Part shown: one piece after another, positions 56,930-64,000 of the stretch | Numbering within the stretch: the first letter of the stretch is position 1 | Layout: the number at the start of each line of letters is the position of its first letter | NCBI RefSeq assembly: GCF_009914755.1 | Contig: NC_060937.1 | Source of the DNA: the human T2T-CHM13v2.0 reference genome, Homo sapiens | Reading direction: 5' to 3' (one strand) | DNA length: 64,000 nt | Notes under the pieces: model-generated | Told to the model about the DNA's origin: nothing | Seen by the model: the letters and a program-made list of their open reading frames with translations, nothing else | The model's database searches: none | Translations under genes and position numbers: made by a program

Positions 56930-57130
56930 TCCATCATTCATTCAACAAATACTCATTGTCCACTTTGTGGCAGGATTTGGGCTGGGTCCTGGGACCAGAA
57001 CAGTTAGCAAGAGCAGGTTTTCCAGCATAAGTTTATAAGTGCATAAACTAGGAGGGTAAGCACATAAATAAATAACTTCACAGCAGTAGGAAAAATGCTA
57101 TTAGAAGACTCAACATGCTAAGGTAGCATC
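56930..57130 (-). mobile_element. L2 3' end
   Basis: 'cattcattcaacaaatactcattg' is the reverse complement of the L2 tail. Confidence 0.7.
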
Positions 57131-57277
57131 TATAACTGATGTCTGTCTACGAGCTTCTACATAGATTCCATTCTATTGTTTACTGTTGAGGTATAGTGGA
57201 TACACATCAATTAATTAAATGTAACTTCTCTGGCCTCATTATGGTTGGCTGTATATGGTGAACTCCATGTCTTGTAG

Positions 57278-57652
<375 letters not shown>

Positions 57653-58116
57653 CATTTACTTTCAACTTTTATTGTTTCTTGGAACCTCATTTGGGGGAAC
57701 TAATAAATAGGGATATCATTTTATGGTAATTCTAGTTATTGCTTATTGTGAAGATAATGAGCCCCTATGAATACATTATTTGAGTGGCTAGTGGAATTAT
57801 TTCAAATGCTTTCTCAAATATGTAAGTTAAATATTTCACCTTGTAATTTTTCAAGCTCATTAACAATATTCATTTGAAATATGTTCTTCAAAAAATTATA
57901 AGTTTGTATGTAACTTTGTACAAATGGAAAATTTGTTTCTCTCCTCTTAAATTTTGGCATATTTTACCCACTGATATTATGTTGAAATAAAATTGATTCC
58001 AAGATATGGCTTATGATTTCAAAAATCCATTTCCCATAGCTTAGATCTTTGTTAAACCATTTAGTGCCCCCTAAAAGTGATGTGAAGTGTATACAGCCCT
58101 AACCATTAGAGTAAAT

Positions 58117-58156
58117 AGATGAGATCGGGTGCGTTCAGGGTGGTATTGCCATAGAC
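58117..58156 (-). pseudogene. 3'-truncated, tailless 5S rRNA retropseudogene (nt 1-40)
   Basis: Minus strand reads gtctatggcaataccaccctgaacgcacccgatctcatct, 36/40 to the 5S 5' end as recalled, with 3 of 4 changes at CpG; 17-bp TSD. Confidence 0.92.
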
Positions 58157-58829
58157 CCATTAAAGTAAATAGAAAAAACTTTTTATTTTCAAAGTTGTTT
58201 AAGAATAATTATGCTAATTGATGTAATTATCAGAATAACAGTATAATTCATTGCTCATCTCAACTATTCATACTAAGAATGTCCTATTGTCATCAGAAAC
58301 AGTCATCAAATCTGAGTTAAGATAAACACTACACCAACACACATCACCGTCCCTTCAAAATATAGAAGATGAATTCAAGTCTGAAAATGTGTTCAAAAGA
58401 GAGTTGAGAATCGTTAAAGTTAACCCATCATATATATCCATGTAATCTATTATTTAATTTATTTTTAAAAGGTATGTAAATATATATAGACTCTGAGGAA
58501 AAAGTCTCAAATACCTAACCTGGCATTAAAACATTTCAGTCAACAAAACTGTGTGTTATAGTATACACTGAAAAACAAAATATCTGTACCCCAGCCTCTA
58601 CCCTTTTTTTTAAATTGGATCAACTGGTTTTTTAAAAAATCTTTCCTTCACACAGAGTTATTATGGAAATTTCACGGACTGTAAAACTAGATTACCAAAA
58701 TTTTTAAACTAACTGAATTTCAACTTGAAGAACATCATGAAAAAAAATTCCAAAGCAAATCTATCATATTAAATGTATGTCCACAATTTTTCTGAGGCTG
58801 TTTTCATTTAATATATTACTTTTTCTTTT

Positions 58830-59340
58830 CTTTAACAACTAGTTACTAAGCACCTATTGTGTTCAAGACCCTGTGACATTTTAATTATGTTTGGTAGAAA
58901 ATCTAAAAATCTCTAAGTTTGATCCCAAGCCTTTAGACTACAAAGTCCACGATTTCTTCCCCTGCCATATACATATATTGCTTTGCCTATACAGAGTGGC
59001 TGGAGTAATGAGATTCAGCGAAGGATTCAGGGGAATAGCTTTTAGGGTGGCCAGAGGTAACTAGGATAGTAGATTGCCCAAGAAAGGCAAAGTAAAGAAG
59101 AATTCTTTAAAAGGAGGGTACTGTCAGTTATTTCAAATGAAGCAGAGAGATGGGAAAGTACGTGGACTGAGAAGAGCAAACGAGCTGGACTTATCCATTA
59201 AGTCCAGCTGTGACTTTTAAGAGATTGTTTCAATTGAGTAGTGAGATTGGGAAGTAGATTGTAAGATGCTATAGAGTAAATGAACAGTAAGAAATTAAAT
59301 GAAGGGTGAATAGACCAATGTTTTTGTGTGTGCAAAAGTG
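58830..59340 (-). mobile_element. L2 remnants
   Basis: 'tactaagcacctattgtgttcaagaccctgtg', 'ggactgagaagag...gtgacttttaagagattgtttcaattgagtagtg'. Confidence 0.55.
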
Positions 59341-60330
59341 GAAGTCCATTTTTTTTAAAATGAAATCTTGTGTGAATTCCTGAAACAGATAAGAAGTTAG
59401 ATTTTTAATCCCTCCTTTCCTTACTTGGGTATCCTGGAGATCTCAGACTCAATGCCTCTGCAATATAATTTGCAAATTAAAGGTGGACCTTCTTTTGAGA
59501 TGTTTAACAGGCTAAGAAAGGAAAGAAATAGTAAAAAGAGGAGCACTGGGGATGCACAGTAACTGCTCAACTGGAAAAGTAAGGAGAGCTTGAGGGATCT
59601 TTTGTGACACGGAATTGTCTCAAGAGAAGGCTTCCCATTGGAGGCAGCTTAATGTAGACTCTTACCCTAGCCAGATGTGTCCTTTTTACTGCTCTTAAAG
59701 CTAATCCCACCCAGACTCTATTCTCAATTCTTGATCTAAGCTTGAAAGCATGCAGTGAATGGTGGCCCCAGAGGGCCTTACCTAACTTACTCTCAAAACT
59801 TTCTGTCCCTGTCACTACCCCCACCTTCAACCTATGTCATAGTTACCTTGGAGCTTGATTGTTCAGAGTTCCTGGAACTCTTTCATTAGCATTTAGTTCA
59901 TCAGTTACTGTGCATCTCCTGTGCTCCTCATTCTATTTCCTTTCTTATCCTGTTAAACATCTCAAAAGAAGGGTCCACCTTTAGTTGGCAAATTACGTTG
60001 CATAGGCACTGAGTCTAAGACCTCCAGGCTACCCAGGTGAGGAAAGGAGGGATTAAAAATCCCACTTCTTGTCTGTTTCAGGATTTTACATAAGATTTCA
60101 TTAGCGTCTTTAATTAATTTAGAGAAGCATAACATAATACTTCTTTTTTTCTTCTGGACAAAGATTTTATGGTAGAGAGCAAGAGCCAGAGCCAATGAAA
60201 GATTCACAGGATATTGGAAACGTCTGCTACTTAACTACATTTTGAAATTTAACTTTCATTGTGCCTCATTTTGAAATGTAACTTTTCAAAGGAAGTTGAA
60301 ATTTTGCACATTTGCTCAGCCATTAGATTA

Positions 60331-60677
<347 letters not shown>

Positions 60678-61221
60678 TTATATTAGCAATATATTTTTTC
60701 TTTACATTCCTAAAGTTGGCTATTCTTATCTGAAATTAGGCATTTTTGGCCTTGGCCAAAGGAATTTCCTCCCCCTAGGGCTCAAACTTGTGTAAAACAA
60801 AAGTCATAAAGAATGAAAGCTACTTCTCTCTCATCTGCCCTGCAACAAACCTCTCCTGAAAAATGAATGAGGTAGGTGCTGGGATAAAGGAAGAGAAAAA
60901 GAGAAAACAAAGGAAGGAAACACATACAGAAAATCTAAAATAATATCCTCAAATTATATTCATATTACAGATGTGACTATAAGGCAGTAAGTGGTTAAAT
61001 TACTTGCCCCCTTTTCTCACTATCTAGGCATAAATACTTCCAGCTTTTGTTATGTCCATGTTTAATACACCTAAGTGTATGCCTTAACTATGGGTGGGGC
61101 TACATTTTTTATTGTCAGATGGAGAGTGACAGCTGAGGATTTATTTTAACGATTAAGTCTCTTATTGAATTAAACATGCTCATATAGATCATTTTCAAGG
61201 TAATCATTATGTGTTCCAAGA

Positions 61222-61475
61222 AGTGTAGTATGGTGGCTAAAAGTATGGTTTGTGGGATCAGAAAAAATAACTTTGTTCAATGCCGTGATTTTCTATTACT
61301 ACTTTTGTAACCTCCGGCAAAACGATATGATGTTTCAAACCATATTTTCCTTATCTGTACAGTGAAAATAATAAAACCCAACTCATAGGGTTTGTCAGAG
61401 TTAAAAATTAATTTAGGGAATGTGCTTGCACTGTGCCGCCTGGCAGCCAAAATATTCAACAAATACTACTCTTAT
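61222..61475 (+). mobile_element. MIR
   Basis: 'gtgtagtatggtggctaaaag...ttccttatctgtacagtgaaaataata...ctcatagggtttgt'. Confidence 0.75.
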
Positions 61476-62729
61476 TATAATCAAGAAAGAGGAGGTAAGG
61501 CCATACTTAGAAGTGACATTTTGTTTTTGTTTTTATATATATGAACGATACATCTCAAATGCACTGCATCAGTTCTTCAACATCTACGAGTTTATATTCA
61601 TTAAACACGTTTCTGCAGAACTCAAAATACATAAGAATGACCTTGTTCTTAAGAATGCATTCCAGTTGGAGAAACGAAATGTATGTCTATAATAACTAAC
61701 TAGTAATTCTTGCACAATGTATGCAAAATGGTACAGAGCATTTCTACAAATGGAGATTGAAGAGCCTTGTTTAAAGAGCTCAATAAGGTTTTTTGACAGG
61801 GCATGGCCGTTTCATATTCAGTTATCTTTTCCAGTTCCTTGTGTAGATAGTGTATTCAATTCCATAAAGATTTGTGAAAAAGAGAGACTCGATAGGAGCT
61901 TCTGATATTGACTTTGGGTAGGGTTCTTAAGTTTCTCTTTAATAATCCTTCCATATCCTCTTCTGGGTTTCTTCTTTCTTAGCACAAAGCAAGTTATGGT
62001 TCAATTGACTTTCTGTCTGCTTAATAAATATTGATATATTGGATACATTCAAGCATGGCCATGTGTGATCCATCTTTAAAGGTACAGTCATTATGCAGGG
62101 AGGTTGCAATTTATTTATTCCTCATTCATTCTCTCATCTTTTGAGAGGAGTCATTATGTAAATATTGAGCACATTCATAAAATGAAAAACAAAAACAACA
62201 CTAGCACTTTTTTAAAAAATAAAAGCTGTTGAAAATAAGATAGCATCTGCAGCAGAATGAAGTGAATATAGACCCTATTGTGCACATTGTGTTAGTATAT
62301 TTTCTTTAGACAATAGGAAATGGTAATTGAAGGTAAAATGTGCAATTTCTGATTGTAAGAGCTGTGGTATACCGCAATGATTGAGGAAGCAAAATACACA
62401 TAGTTCCTTCACTAGGGATCTGGCACAGGATTAATAACTCAGTCCTGAAATATGTATAATTATATGATTTCTCAAGGCTTGTTTCACACATCTGACTAGA
62501 GGTAGACATGACTACATATATAGATGTAATTAAACATATTAAACATATGGATTATTGTGTTATTATAAGACTAGCGAAATTTGAATGTGTTTACTCATAC
62601 ACAAAATTATTGAACCTAGTATGTCTGTCACTATTGATTCAGACCACTGGTTTGATTGAGTTTGTTCATTTTGCTTATTGGTTGACTAATAATTAAGAAA
62701 TATAAACATCATTTAAAATATTTAATGAC

Positions 62730-63367
62730 ATTTTTATTTTTTCTACTTTATTGAAGTATAATTGAAAAATTTGCCTATTTTAAATACATAAAACATGATT
62801 TTTAATTTGTGCATACATTGTAAAATGATTACCACAATCAAGCTAATGAATATATCCATTATCTCACATGTTTATCTTTAAAAATTTTTTATGGTGAGAG
62901 CACTTAAAATCTATTATCTGAGCAATTTGCAAGTGCACAATAGAATATTATTACTTATATTCATCATGCTGTACAACAGATCTCCAGAGTGTATTTAACC
63001 TATTTAGCTAAAACTTGGTGTCTTTTGTGCAACAATTCCACATTCTCTCCCTGCAACCTACTACTTTTTATCCCCTGGCAGTCTTCTTCTCTCTCCTTTC
63101 ATGAGTCTGACTTTTTTTAGAATCCACAGGTAAGAAAGATCATGCATTATTTGCCTGTCTGAATCTGGTTTATTTTGCTTACCATGATGTCCTCCACTTT
63201 AATCCATCCTGTCACTAGTGATAGGATTCCCTTCTTTTTTAAGGCTGAATAATATTCCATTGTATGTGTATGTATGTTTATGTATATATGTATTTATATC
63301 ACATTTTCTTTATTCATTCATTTGTTGATGGACACAGGTTGATTCCTTATCTTGGCTATTGTGAATA
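62730..63367 (-). mobile_element. L1MA (MA8-10-like) 3' fragment
   Basis: 'tttattgaagtataattga...atgattaccacaatcaagctaat...aaggctgaataatattccattgta...tcttggctattgtgaata'. Confidence 0.88.
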
Positions 63368-64000
63368 TATTTTTAACACCCCTCTAAATAACAATCTATC
63401 ACATCTTCATCTTTTATCTATGTATTTTTAATTTTCACACATATGTTTGAGGCTAATTTTCTCCTGTTATATTCTAATAGAAAATATTCTTGAAAGCAAA
63501 ATTGCTGAATGCTTTTGTATTGACTCTTTCATCATATTACTCAATTCTCTGTTTATTTCTTTATATCCACCAATACTGCAACATAGACATCTACTTTTGC
63601 CAAAAGTTAAGTCTACAGTAACAGCTGTACCTTTCTGGAAAACAGAAATGTGGTTTAATTGTTGCATTGCATTTCATTTCATGCTGGCTGAATTTGATGG
63701 CCTCCATAAAACTATTTGTACACACTCCCGTGAAAGTAGACCAGAAGGAAACTCAAACCTATACTTTATCTGCAGACTAGCCATATCATAGAAAGGGATA
63801 GGCCTTCCCAATTGTTTAATAAAGTTTTTATTTTCTCTCATTTTCTATTTTAAAACTTTTAAGATCCTATTTTCAGTCCTCCCTACTGCCTTTTTCTAGG
63901 CATCTAAATAGGTATACAAAGCATTGTAAAAACTGTTTAACTTACACTCGGTAAACAAATAGTAACCAGATTATAGGGTAAAAATATTGAATGGCTATCT

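Overview
AT-rich primate (human-like) non-coding genomic DNA. No host protein-coding gene is supported: every convincing ORF derives from LINE-1, LTR12 or Alu. The window centre (about 31.7-52.0 kb) is a nested retroelement block. An old minus-strand L1M is interrupted by an MLT1B LTR, itself interrupted by a full-length plus-strand L1PA5-like element whose ORF1 and ORF2 are dead but whose antisense ORF0 is open. A near-full-length minus-strand L1PB follows, carrying two independent solo LTR12 (ERV9) insertions and an Alu. The flanks hold MIR, L2, MaLR LTRs, DNA-transposon fossils, Alus, microsatellites and a 40-nt tailless 5S rRNA retrocopy with a TSD. I see no evidence of a new biological system. 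The best leads are: an LTR12C-like promoter that has lost its polyA signal, the extended L1 ORF0, the tailless 5S retrocopy, fold-back rearrangement scars and a TALE-homeodomain palindrome. Subfamily names come from recalled consensus sequences and need RepeatMasker/Dfam confirmation. Boundaries of old repeats are approximate.
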